Assembly: GCA_913041945.1 (NCBI GenBank) | Contig: CAJWIT010000003.1 | Coordinates: 18,813 to 82,812 of the forward strand | DNA length: 64,000 bases | DNA from: an uncultured Fidelibacterota bacterium | Lineage (GTDB): Bacteria > Fidelibacterota > Marinisomatia > Marinisomatales > UBA8229 | Direction of reading: 5' to 3' | Part shown: piece after piece, positions 36,992 through 45,699 of the stretch | How positions within the stretch are numbered: position 1 is the stretch's first letter | Layout: each line of letters starts with the position of its first letter | The notes under the pieces: model-generated | The model's input: only the letters and a program-made list of their open reading frames with translations | Database searches by the model: none | Told to the model about the DNA's origin: nothing | Made by a program: the position numbers and the translations under genes

Positions 36992-37636
36992 TCATATTTT
37001 TTCCACCCGGATAAGAGGGTTAAGTTTAAGCAATCCTGCACCAGCGATAAAACCACCTATATGGGCAAACCAGGCGACTCCCCCGGAAATATCTAATCCT
37101 ACGGAGCCCAACCCATTTGTTAATTGTTCCAGAAACCAGAGTCCGATTACAACAAAAGCCGGGACTCGAATTGTAGTAAAGAAGATAAAAAGAAACATAA
37201 AAACATGAACACGAGCTTTGGGATACTGTAACATATATGCCGCCAAGACTCCGGAAATGGCTCCGCTGGCTCCTATCATGGGAATTATGGAATCCAAATT
37301 GATAGCTGTCTGTGCAACGGCTGCACCGATTCCGCAAAGGAAATAGAAAATCAGGTAACGCACATGGCCAAGAGCACTTTCTACGTTATCACCAAAGATC
37401 CACAGAAACCACATATTCCCCAGCAGATGAGCAAACCCTCCATGCAGGAACATAGACGTAAAGAGAGATATGAGAGACCAATGGGCAGGAATTAAACCAA
37501 AGTGGCGAATAAGATTTTGATTTGCCTGTCCCAAACCAACCTGAAATAGAAAGATAAGGATGTTTAAGCCAATAATTCCATAGGTTACATAGGGGACAAG
37601 GATACGGGGATTATCATCTTTGTAGGGGAAAAACAC
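36992..37636 (-). CDS. Rhomboid-family intramembrane serine protease
   Basis: There are six TM segments. Motifs seen are HGGFAHLLGNM, the catalytic GASGAISGV and the His motif AHIGGFIAG. It has a GTG start. Confidence 0.9.
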   Translation of the reverse strand: MFFPYKDDNPRILVPYVTYGIIGLNILIFLFQVGLGQANQNLIRHFGLIPAHWSLISLFTSMFLHGGFAHLLGNMWFLWIFGDNVESALGHVRYLIFYFLCGIGAAVAQTAINLDSIIPMIGASGAISGVLAAYMLQYPKARVHVFMFLFIFFTTIRVPAFVVIGLWFLEQLTNGLGSVGLDISGGVAWFAHIGGFIAGAGLLKLNPLIRVEKI

Positions 37637-37659
37637 GGGTCAGGGGTTTTGAGTTTTCA

Positions 37660-39912
37660 TTAATATACAGAAAAGTTAATGGGTTTTTTTGTATGATGGC
37701 CAGCCCGATCCTCTACGTAAATTGAAAGTTCATGCCTCCCTGTTCTTAATGGACTGTCCAGCCGGGCGGATAGTTCCTTTTCCACAGGTTGATAAGAGGC
37801 ATATAACCTTTCTCCATCTAGGTACATGGCAATATGTTTTTCATCAGGTTCTATTCCTGACAGATCATCTTTTATAAAGGCATTGAAGTTCATTAGATCC
37901 CTTTTATCGTAATGTCCGCCATGGGCGGGGAAAGCACTTGTTACTGATGGAGGAATTGTGTCTTGGATTATGGTTATTGCATCCAAACTGGAAATGGTTG
38001 AGGTGAGAACGCCTCGATTCCACTGAACGCGGGTAGGAAGAAATGTCCATTCTTCTTCTTTTTGATTATAGTAATATAATCCCAATCCATCTTCATAATT
38101 ATATTGGTTACTGAAGCGAACCCCGATTTTAATGGAATCCTTGAGAAGGATATCAAAAGGTTGCAGTTGATATACTTTTGATATATGCACTCCGCTCTTT
38201 ATGGGAGCTGATTTTTCCACCATATCTATCCATAATATTGTGGAATCATACACGGAGTTTTTTGTCGTGCGAATTGAGCACATTTGATCCTTTGAAAATA
38301 CATAAACCGAATTTTCTGTTGTTGCCAATTTTGGCGCAATGTTAAACTGAATTTTCCGTTCAACCTGATCTTTTAACAACACCTCTATGATTTGAACACC
38401 ATTAAATAAAGCCGGAGATAGAACCTCACTTAAATAAACTGTTGGTTGAACCTGATTCACCCAGATGGGGGTAAATACACTTTCCCCCTGTAGAAAAACA
38501 GACATGGAAGCATCTGTATAAGCATCTGTTTCTACTTGAAGTATAATTCCTTTGTCTAGGTGAGACAGCTTAAGGTCAACATCAATACTGAGAATGTCAT
38601 GAGATGTCACCCCCTCAGCCCAATGAACAGGATATGAAAATGCTCCCTGATTATTTACACCAACAAACTGCAGGATTCTGTTTGTAATTTGTTTCAGGGG
38701 GAGACGAAACCGGAGGTCTTCCCCTGTAGATATTTCTTTAGTTAGATCAATTTTTCCATTTTGAAAACCAAACGGTGTGAAACTGTAGCAGGCAATAGAC
38801 TTTAGAGGAACTGAGTTGAATCCGGGATGGATACCAAAAGTGATTTCCTGGTTGGAACGGTTGATTTCCTGGATGTTCATGGTAATTGGTGGGTGTGCAA
38901 AAATAATCCCTTTTGTTGTTGAAGAATTATTAGCATTATCCCATGCTTTTATTTCAACAGTGTGATATCCGGATTTCAGGGTAATTAAACCATTCAATTT
39001 TTTATTTTGAACAGAAGAATACGGATGTGAATCCAAATGATAAAACTGATGGAACCCACCAAGGTTTAAACGGGAAAGCCCAAATTGTCTTGCCTCATTA
39101 ATAAAAGATTGGTTATAGTTTAAAGAGTCATATTGAACTGTATAATGGAGGATTTCATCAACCCATAACTCCGCACGGTATATTTGATATTTATGGGGAG
39201 ATCCTTGAATTTGGTCTTCCATCTGAATTGCAATGCCAACTGTCCCCTGGCAGTTTATGGTATCAGGGAAATGGAAGAAACCTGTTTTATCCCGGTATAA
39301 TGGAAATACTTGTGGAAGCGAACTTCCATTAATCATTGTCCCTTTTTCGAGAGGGATAACCGCAAGTTGCTTTAGCATGGGCGAAAACCGATCAGGCAGT
39401 TCAAATCCATACAGTAAAGGATTTAGTGGCTGATCTTTACCGTCTCTGTATTCAAAATGAAGATGAGGGCCAAAAGAACCGCCGGTGTTTCCTGTATAAC
39501 CGATTATGTCGCCCTGTTTTACTGGGAACTCAAAATCCGAAAAGTATTCATTAACAAAATAGGATTGGTTGATTATTTGGTTGTTTCTTAACACTTTTTC
39601 AAGAATAGATGAAAACCGGCTTAAATGGCCATAGACAGCAATATGGTTTGTTTCAGTTGTAAGATAGAGAGCTTTGCCATAGCCGGTATAATTTGTTACC
39701 ATTCTGGAAATAAATCCATCAGTGACAGCAAAAACTGGATGTCCTTCTGTTTCTTTCGTTTTTATATCTAGTCCCATATGAAAATGTGTATCACGAAACT
39801 CCCCAAAGTTTGAAGATAACATGCGACTGGCATCTGTCGGCCAGGCGGGTCTCTGGGCCAGTGCAATGTTCAGCATCAGGGGAAAAATGGTGAGATAATG
39901 TTTCCTTTTCAT
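37660..39912 (-). CDS. Secreted M23-family metallopeptidase with a large uncharacterised C-terminal region
   Basis: A signal peptide (LTIFPLMLNIALAQ) is followed by the M23 motifs HMGLDI, GYTGNTG and GPHLHFEY in the first ~190 aa. The remaining ~550 aa carry no motif I recognise. ATG 39912 is preferred over 39948. Confidence 0.8.
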   Translation of the reverse strand: MKRKHYLTIFPLMLNIALAQRPAWPTDASRMLSSNFGEFRDTHFHMGLDIKTKETEGHPVFAVTDGFISRMVTNYTGYGKALYLTTETNHIAVYGHLSRFSSILEKVLRNNQIINQSYFVNEYFSDFEFPVKQGDIIGYTGNTGGSFGPHLHFEYRDGKDQPLNPLLYGFELPDRFSPMLKQLAVIPLEKGTMINGSSLPQVFPLYRDKTGFFHFPDTINCQGTVGIAIQMEDQIQGSPHKYQIYRAELWVDEILHYTVQYDSLNYNQSFINEARQFGLSRLNLGGFHQFYHLDSHPYSSVQNKKLNGLITLKSGYHTVEIKAWDNANNSSTTKGIIFAHPPITMNIQEINRSNQEITFGIHPGFNSVPLKSIACYSFTPFGFQNGKIDLTKEISTGEDLRFRLPLKQITNRILQFVGVNNQGAFSYPVHWAEGVTSHDILSIDVDLKLSHLDKGIILQVETDAYTDASMSVFLQGESVFTPIWVNQVQPTVYLSEVLSPALFNGVQIIEVLLKDQVERKIQFNIAPKLATTENSVYVFSKDQMCSIRTTKNSVYDSTILWIDMVEKSAPIKSGVHISKVYQLQPFDILLKDSIKIGVRFSNQYNYEDGLGLYYYNQKEEEWTFLPTRVQWNRGVLTSTISSLDAITIIQDTIPPSVTSAFPAHGGHYDKRDLMNFNAFIKDDLSGIEPDEKHIAMYLDGERLYASYQPVEKELSARLDSPLRTGRHELSIYVEDRAGHHTKKPINFSVY

Positions 39913-40052
39913 GATAGAGTGGCAGAGGTAAAGAGTAAATTTATCCATGAAGGAGGAGGAAATTCAATGATTTATAAGATTTGTTTGTGAAAAGTCCTGG
40001 GTTTTTATTTAATTTCCAAGCCAACTAAAGTTAAACAGGTACGGGAGGTTAT

Positions 40053-40745
40053 ATGAAAAAACTAAATTATTTATTTTTTATCATTTGGTTGTCGTTAATC
40101 CCTTGGAGCAGTGCATTGGGAATTATCGGATTTGGATTTCAGGGTGGACAATCAATATTTACGGTAGCATCATCTATTAGTTCTGTGGCTACTCCCGCTG
40201 CTAATCTTACCACCACAGAATTTGCGAACCCATTGTCTGGTGGAGGATATCTGTACATAGATGTAATCCCAGTTATTGATTTAGAAGCAGATTTTTCCGT
40301 TTCCTTTAAAAAATATACATTTAATTTTTCAAATCCAGATGTTATAGGACCTTATGATTTTGGATGGGCTGACTTCTCAGTCTATTTAACTGCTGGGAAA
40401 AAGATTGTGGGAATTGGAATTCCACTGCTGGCAAAAGCAAAGCTCTTTTACGGTGGCGGATATAATATGCATACGGTAACTCCCTTGATGAGTATGGATT
40501 TGATGAAAAGCGCTTTGGGAGGTGATTTAGGAGATGACCCTACAAGTTTATCTGAAAATGATTTAATAGATTTTTTAAAAGATAATCAAGTAAACACCAA
40601 TGGATTTCATATACAATCCGGATTACAGTTTAAAATATTAATGTTGGACACTTTTTTATTCTATCGTCATACATTTGCAAAAGATATTATCTTCGATCAG
40701 GATCATTTTGGCAGCTTAAACCTGAGGATGGGAATGGGGTTTTAA
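40053..40745 (+). CDS. Hypothetical outer-membrane beta-barrel protein
   Basis: It has a signal peptide and an alternating, Gly- and aromatic-rich pattern. It ends in RMGMGF, and a terminal Phe is a typical OMP signature. Confidence 0.5.
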   Translation: MKKLNYLFFIIWLSLIPWSSALGIIGFGFQGGQSIFTVASSISSVATPAANLTTTEFANPLSGGGYLYIDVIPVIDLEADFSVSFKKYTFNFSNPDVIGPYDFGWADFSVYLTAGKKIVGIGIPLLAKAKLFYGGGYNMHTVTPLMSMDLMKSALGGDLGDDPTSLSENDLIDFLKDNQVNTNGFHIQSGLQFKILMLDTFLFYRHTFAKDIIFDQDHFGSLNLRMGMGF

Positions 40746-40786
40746 TAAAAGTATTATAAAGAGAAAAGGTTGTGTTTACATATTTA

Positions 40787-43237
40787 TTATAGTTTTTTCG
40801 CTAACACAACCGTTTGAACATTTTCCCATGTTTTTCCGGTTGCAGGATTTTTTGCTGTAAATTTAATTATATAAATTCCTATTCGGGCAGGTTCTCCATT
40901 TTTCCTATTTCCGAACCAACTGAGAATTCCCTCCTGCGCAACGTGGAGATTCCAATAAGGTGTATCAATTGACCGTCCGACCACATCAAATATTTCGACT
41001 TTTGAAATTGCTTGTTCAAATGGGAGTTTGTATTTTATTTGCAGAACATCATCGAAGCCATCATTATCTGGGGAAAATGGATTTGGTTCATAGATAACCG
41101 TTCCTTCTTTTGGGATTTCTTCAAAAAAAATGCTGTTTGTATCTCCTGGCGTCATTGCTCCTAAGTTTACAGCAACTCCCCATTTGGAAGAATCATTGGA
41201 GACAAATTCTGGTCTGAATTTTTCTGATGAACGGCCATCAGTAACCGGCCATTCTTCTGAATATAGCAGAGAGTCAACAATAAATCCTGTCATGTCATAA
41301 ATATAGATGCCATCACTTGTGTTGTTCAAAGCAGGGAAACCGGACTTTGGTACTGCTAAATTTCCTTCAAGAGGTAAGCGAGCCAACAAACTGGAATCTT
41401 CGCTGACCACAATGAAATCATTTCCTAAAACATGAATAACTGGAAATAACTTTAGTGATTTGGTATTATCACTTATCGCCCAATTTTCAATATTTACAGT
41501 AATCATGCTCACCACTTCTACGAATTCTACTTGGGTAGAATCTGGTTGTGCCAGAAATTCGTTGATTACCACGGATCCAAAGGGATAGCTCACTTTCACG
41601 GTGTCTGCCGCAACATCATTCTCCGGATTCGAATCCAAGGGAATATCCAGGATGATTGTTAAGGGATGGATTCCCGATGACAGGGGCTGAAGAGTCACAT
41701 CTACGATTGTAGTGTCTCCTGAAGTAATGGGAGGAATTGAAGTGGTGGATATTTCTTCGTCATTATCCTCAATGGTGATTATTCCTGAAATCGTGGACAG
41801 GCCCACATTGGCTATGGGGATTAATATTGTAACATTTTGATCGTGCTGTGGGAATTCGGGCTCATGAATAATTGAATCAGTAATAATTGCTCCATCAACA
41901 TCCAGGGGCGTTACAGAGTTTTCCGCCCCTGGAGTTATACCAAAATCATCTGTACATGGCTTCCAGCTTACAGGATCTTCAGACTGATACGCTGGCAGGA
42001 TCTTCTCCATTGATATTCCATCCATGTATCCCCAGTCCTCGGTGTAATAAAGCGAATCAATCAACGTGTCAAATGGATCGAAGATTCTGATTTCATCTCC
42101 TGCATTATTCAAAACAGGAAATCCCCCCTGTGGCACAATATAAAGAACATTGGTAGGAACAATATTTAAAAGTGTAGAGTCCCTTGCAATGACAATCAAA
42201 TCGCTCTGCTCAATAGTAAAAGCCGGAAGCGTATAATTGCTTCCGATATTTTCGTCTGTTACTCGCCAATCCTGAATGTTAAGAGAGATTGAACCATGGT
42301 AAACAAGCTCAATAAATTCACATTGATCACTCTCTGGTCGAGGTAAAAATTCGTTGATCATTAATAAACTAGGCTCGTAGCGTTCGTTTATATTAACAAT
42401 CCCATTATTATTTGTTGTGTCTTGATCCCCGCTTATTTCTAAGACAACATCCAGTTGATGAGTACCGGATGTAAATGGCCCAACTGAAATTGAAAAACTT
42501 AGTGTGTCCAATTCGACCATAGTACCTAGGGATATGCTGCTGATTATAATATCATTTTCTCTGATAAAGATTTCAGCAGAGAAAGATTCCGAACCGATAT
42601 TTACTACAGCACCAGTTATAGTAGTCGTCTCATTTTGTTCAATGATTTGAGGATGAGTTTGGAGAGAATCAGTTAACAAATTTCCATCAATTGATAAGGG
42701 CAGAACGCTGTTGGGTAATCCCGGTGTTCCAAGCGAATCTACGCTTGTGGTCCAGTTTGACGGTGTGTTTGGGTGATTCAAACGAATCTTTTCTATCGAA
42801 AACCCATCTTGAGCAATATCATCATATCCGACTGAATCAATGACATGTCCAATAGTATTTATTAAATAAAGAGAATCACCATTTGTGTTGTTCAAATTGT
42901 TGCCAATAGTTGTGTTCGCGACTTTTATTAAAACAGCATCATCGGGAAGGTAATCAACATAAATACCGTTTTGAAAATTATAATCGCCCTCAAAAATAAT
43001 TCCATATTGCATCGGTAATAATATTAATCCCCAACCTGAATCAACCAATGTATCCGCTGAAGATTGATCTCTTATTTGCCAGCCAGTCATGTCTGTTGTA
43101 TCTGTTTCTGAAATATTAAGTATTTCAACGAATTCATTTGGTGAATCTGAACCAACGAGATCGTACATAATTTCAGTGATTATAATTTGAGAGTAAAGAG
43201 AAACAGAAATAAGGATTAATAGTAAAATCAGTTTCAT
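40787..43237 (-). CDS. Large secreted protein with three lamin-tail (LTD) domains alternating with CARDB/Ig-like domains, and a C-terminal FlgD-Ig/T9SS-like sorting domain
   Basis: It has a signal peptide. The LTD signature recurs three times (ITEIMYD..SPNEFVEILN..WQIRD; INEFLPRPESDQCEFIELVY..WRVTD; INEFLAQPDSTQVEFVEVVS..WAISD). The intervening domains end in ..DQDTTNNN and ..NPENDV, which looks CARDB-like. The C-terminus reads EPNPFSPDNDGFDDVLQIKYKL...VEIFDVVGR. Confidence 0.7.
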   Translation of the reverse strand: MKLILLLILISVSLYSQIIITEIMYDLVGSDSPNEFVEILNISETDTTDMTGWQIRDQSSADTLVDSGWGLILLPMQYGIIFEGDYNFQNGIYVDYLPDDAVLIKVANTTIGNNLNNTNGDSLYLINTIGHVIDSVGYDDIAQDGFSIEKIRLNHPNTPSNWTTSVDSLGTPGLPNSVLPLSIDGNLLTDSLQTHPQIIEQNETTTITGAVVNIGSESFSAEIFIRENDIIISSISLGTMVELDTLSFSISVGPFTSGTHQLDVVLEISGDQDTTNNNGIVNINERYEPSLLMINEFLPRPESDQCEFIELVYHGSISLNIQDWRVTDENIGSNYTLPAFTIEQSDLIVIARDSTLLNIVPTNVLYIVPQGGFPVLNNAGDEIRIFDPFDTLIDSLYYTEDWGYMDGISMEKILPAYQSEDPVSWKPCTDDFGITPGAENSVTPLDVDGAIITDSIIHEPEFPQHDQNVTILIPIANVGLSTISGIITIEDNDEEISTTSIPPITSGDTTIVDVTLQPLSSGIHPLTIILDIPLDSNPENDVAADTVKVSYPFGSVVINEFLAQPDSTQVEFVEVVSMITVNIENWAISDNTKSLKLFPVIHVLGNDFIVVSEDSSLLARLPLEGNLAVPKSGFPALNNTSDGIYIYDMTGFIVDSLLYSEEWPVTDGRSSEKFRPEFVSNDSSKWGVAVNLGAMTPGDTNSIFFEEIPKEGTVIYEPNPFSPDNDGFDDVLQIKYKLPFEQAISKVEIFDVVGRSIDTPYWNLHVAQEGILSWFGNRKNGEPARIGIYIIKFTAKNPATGKTWENVQTVVLAKKL

Positions 43238-43250
43238 GGAGGATAAATAT

Positions 43251-43673
43251 TTATAAGTGATTTTTTATTAATTCCTTTATATTTTTTTTTAGGATATCCC
43301 GTGTTTCCCTATAAGAATCCATTTTATTTTTTCTTATATCCCACCCTTGAAAGGGATCATCAATGCTCCAGTGAATTCGCTCAACATCACCGGGAAAGGA
43401 TGGACAAAGGCTGTCAGCGGAATCACAAACAGTTATTACAATATTAATACCTTTATTCAGATAGTCATCTATAAAATCTGAGGTATGTTCAGAAATATCG
43501 ATTCCATCTTCCGCCATTACAGCAGTTGACATGGGATGAACCTTACTTGGATGAGTACCAGCACTGAATACATCAAAGCTATCCCTCGCCATGTCTTTCA
43601 GGAGTCCTTCTGCCATCTGGGATCTGCAAGAGTTTCCTGTACAGATAAACAGAACTTTTTTCTTTTGAATCAT
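43251..43673 (-). CDS. arsC: Low-molecular-weight phosphotyrosine phosphatase family; arsenate reductase (thioredoxin-coupled ArsC) type
   Basis: The CX5R P-loop is FICTGNSCRSQMAEG. A downstream Cys pair (TVCDSADSLCP) is typical of Trx-coupled ArsC. No other ars genes lie nearby, so the substrate is uncertain. Confidence 0.7.
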   Translation of the reverse strand: MIQKKKVLFICTGNSCRSQMAEGLLKDMARDSFDVFSAGTHPSKVHPMSTAVMAEDGIDISEHTSDFIDDYLNKGINIVITVCDSADSLCPSFPGDVERIHWSIDDPFQGWDIRKNKMDSYRETRDILKKNIKELIKNHL

Positions 43674-43772
43674 AAGGTAAAAATTGGTGGTGATAGGTAC
43701 TGGAAGTCAATAGCGGACTTTATTATCGAATCATTTTTATGAAGAAAGATTTTCATGTGATAAATTTGTTCC

Positions 43773-44603
43773 ATGAATGATCCTAAAAAAGAAGCATTTA
43801 ATCCTTTGTTTACCAATCCTCTTGAAGCGGTGAGCGGAATGACAGTTTCTGATTTGAATCGTTATCTTCCTGCTGTACGGCAGGAAGATGAAATCAAGAT
43901 GACCCGAAATCAAATGGAGGAGGGGTTATTCCTTGCAGATGGGATCAAAGGCCTTGCGAGACTCCCGGATAACACAATTGATCTCATTGTGACGAATCCT
44001 CCGGAAAGTCCCTGGAAGGACGCCAGCGATAAAAATTCGCCATTAACTCTCCAGGAATACTATCAGTGGAATGAGAAGTGGCTAGAACAATCGTTCCGTG
44101 TTTTAAAACCGACAGGATCAATATACCTTATTTGCGGATGGCGCTATTCCGGGATGTATCATGCATTGCTGAGCAATAATTTTAATATTCAGTCCCGGAT
44201 CACATGGAGAAACAACCAGGCAAAAGACCAGCCTCGATTGGTGATATGGCGGAATGTTCTGTCTGATATTTGGTTTGCAACCAAAACCAATGAATTTATG
44301 TTTGATCAGAAAAAAGTTTCCTCTTTCAAAGAGGCCGAACAAAAACAGCAATTAAATAATTTTTGGGCAGATATTATTGATATTCAAATTGGTACAAAAA
44401 ATCAATTTGAAAGAGGGAAACCTGAAGAGGTGCTGAAGAGGATTTTTACTGTCAGCAGTTTTAAATTGAACTGGGTTGTAGATCCATTTATGGGGAGAGG
44501 AAGCGTTGGGATTATAGCAAAGAAGACAGGAAGGCGATTCATTGGTTTTGAAACTGACCAGGATCAATTACTTATGGCAATGAAACGTATAGACCAGACT
44601 TAA
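43773..44603 (+). CDS. Beta-class (N4/N6-type) DNA-methyltransferase-like protein with divergent catalytic motif
   Basis: The motif order is IV then I. It has IDLIVTNPPES in place of D/S/NPPY/F, then FRVLKPTGSIY, and the C-terminal AdoMet motif VVDPFMGRGSVGIIAKKTGRRFIGFE in place of DPFxGSGTT. Confidence 0.65.
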   Translation: MNDPKKEAFNPLFTNPLEAVSGMTVSDLNRYLPAVRQEDEIKMTRNQMEEGLFLADGIKGLARLPDNTIDLIVTNPPESPWKDASDKNSPLTLQEYYQWNEKWLEQSFRVLKPTGSIYLICGWRYSGMYHALLSNNFNIQSRITWRNNQAKDQPRLVIWRNVLSDIWFATKTNEFMFDQKKVSSFKEAEQKQQLNNFWADIIDIQIGTKNQFERGKPEEVLKRIFTVSSFKLNWVVDPFMGRGSVGIIAKKTGRRFIGFETDQDQLLMAMKRIDQT

Positions 44604-44626
44604 AATAAAAAAAGGAAAAAGAAATA

Positions 44627-45070
44627 ATGCCTTTAGTTGATAAAATTCAGAAAGATATGCACAAAGCGATGAAAGGAAAGGAAAAAGAGAGAATCAATGC
44701 TTTGAGAAATATTATTGGGAAGTTGAAATACAGGTACATTGACAAGGGTGATAAACTGACAGAACAGGAAGAAATTAAAGTTATTCAATCATTGGCAAAA
44801 CAGCGACGGGAATCGATTGAAATGTATAAGCAGGGCGGTCGGGATGATCTTGTTGAAACTGAAACGAAGGAATTATCTATTATAGAGGAATATTTGCCAC
44901 AAGCGATGAGTGAGGAAGAAGTGCGCCGGCTGGTACGGGAAACAGTAAAAGAAACTGGGGCAGAATCCATGTCTGATCTTGGTAAGGTTATGCCCCTGGT
45001 TATGAAAAAAGGTGCGGGAAAAGTTGACGGAAAATTAGCTCAGGAAGTATTGAGAGAATTATTGTCCTGA
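44627..45070 (+). CDS. yqeY: GatB/YqeY-domain protein
   Basis: MK.KEKERINALR, RRESIEMYKQGGRDDL and EEYLP are present. Length is 147 aa. Confidence 0.88.
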   Translation: MPLVDKIQKDMHKAMKGKEKERINALRNIIGKLKYRYIDKGDKLTEQEEIKVIQSLAKQRRESIEMYKQGGRDDLVETETKELSIIEEYLPQAMSEEEVRRLVRETVKETGAESMSDLGKVMPLVMKKGAGKVDGKLAQEVLRELLS

Positions 45071-45153
45071 TGTTGACAAGAGTTTTATCTATTTTTGTTG
45101 GTGGTCATTTTTGCATAATAAAATTTTATTGGGAATTATTTGGTGGATGAGCA

Positions 45154-45699
45154 ATGATTTTATTTCTTGATGGACTTTCCGCCATTTTTATTTTATGGTT
45201 GGGGATTCTTGGATTCAAACAGGGGCTGGTCGAAGGATTGGGACGACTTCTTGGTCTAATACTCTCAGCAATGACTGCCATGAGATATTACGTAGTTTTG
45301 GCCGGAAATATTTCCCTGTGGGTGGAAATTGATGCGTGGGTATTGCTCTTAACAAGTTTTATGGTTATATTTTTGTTTATCCTGTTAATCATGAGAATTT
45401 TGACAAGAATGGTAAATTTTCTTATTGTCTCAAAAGGTACGAGATGGATAAACAGATCAACAGGTTTTGTGTTTGGATTATTGAAAGGATCAATTGTTGT
45501 AAGTCTCATTGTCTTGTTTTTGGATATCTCGCCAAAGGATGAGTGGTCAGTAATTGTATATAAAGAGTCCAGTTTAGCTAGGACTCTGACGCATGCAAGA
45601 ATCAATATTATAAAAATATTTCACTGGGAAGATCCATTTGAAAAAGGTGAAAATTTCATCAAGACTATGATGGAAACAGATAAAGAAAAAAATCAATGA
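45154..45699 (+). CDS. cvpA: CvpA-family membrane protein (colicin V production protein family)
   Basis: The N-terminus D.L..IFILWLGILGFKQGLV..L..L.GLILS is followed by four TM segments. Confidence 0.75.
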   Translation: MILFLDGLSAIFILWLGILGFKQGLVEGLGRLLGLILSAMTAMRYYVVLAGNISLWVEIDAWVLLLTSFMVIFLFILLIMRILTRMVNFLIVSKGTRWINRSTGFVFGLLKGSIVVSLIVLFLDISPKDEWSVIVYKESSLARTLTHARINIIKIFHWEDPFEKGENFIKTMMETDKEKNQ

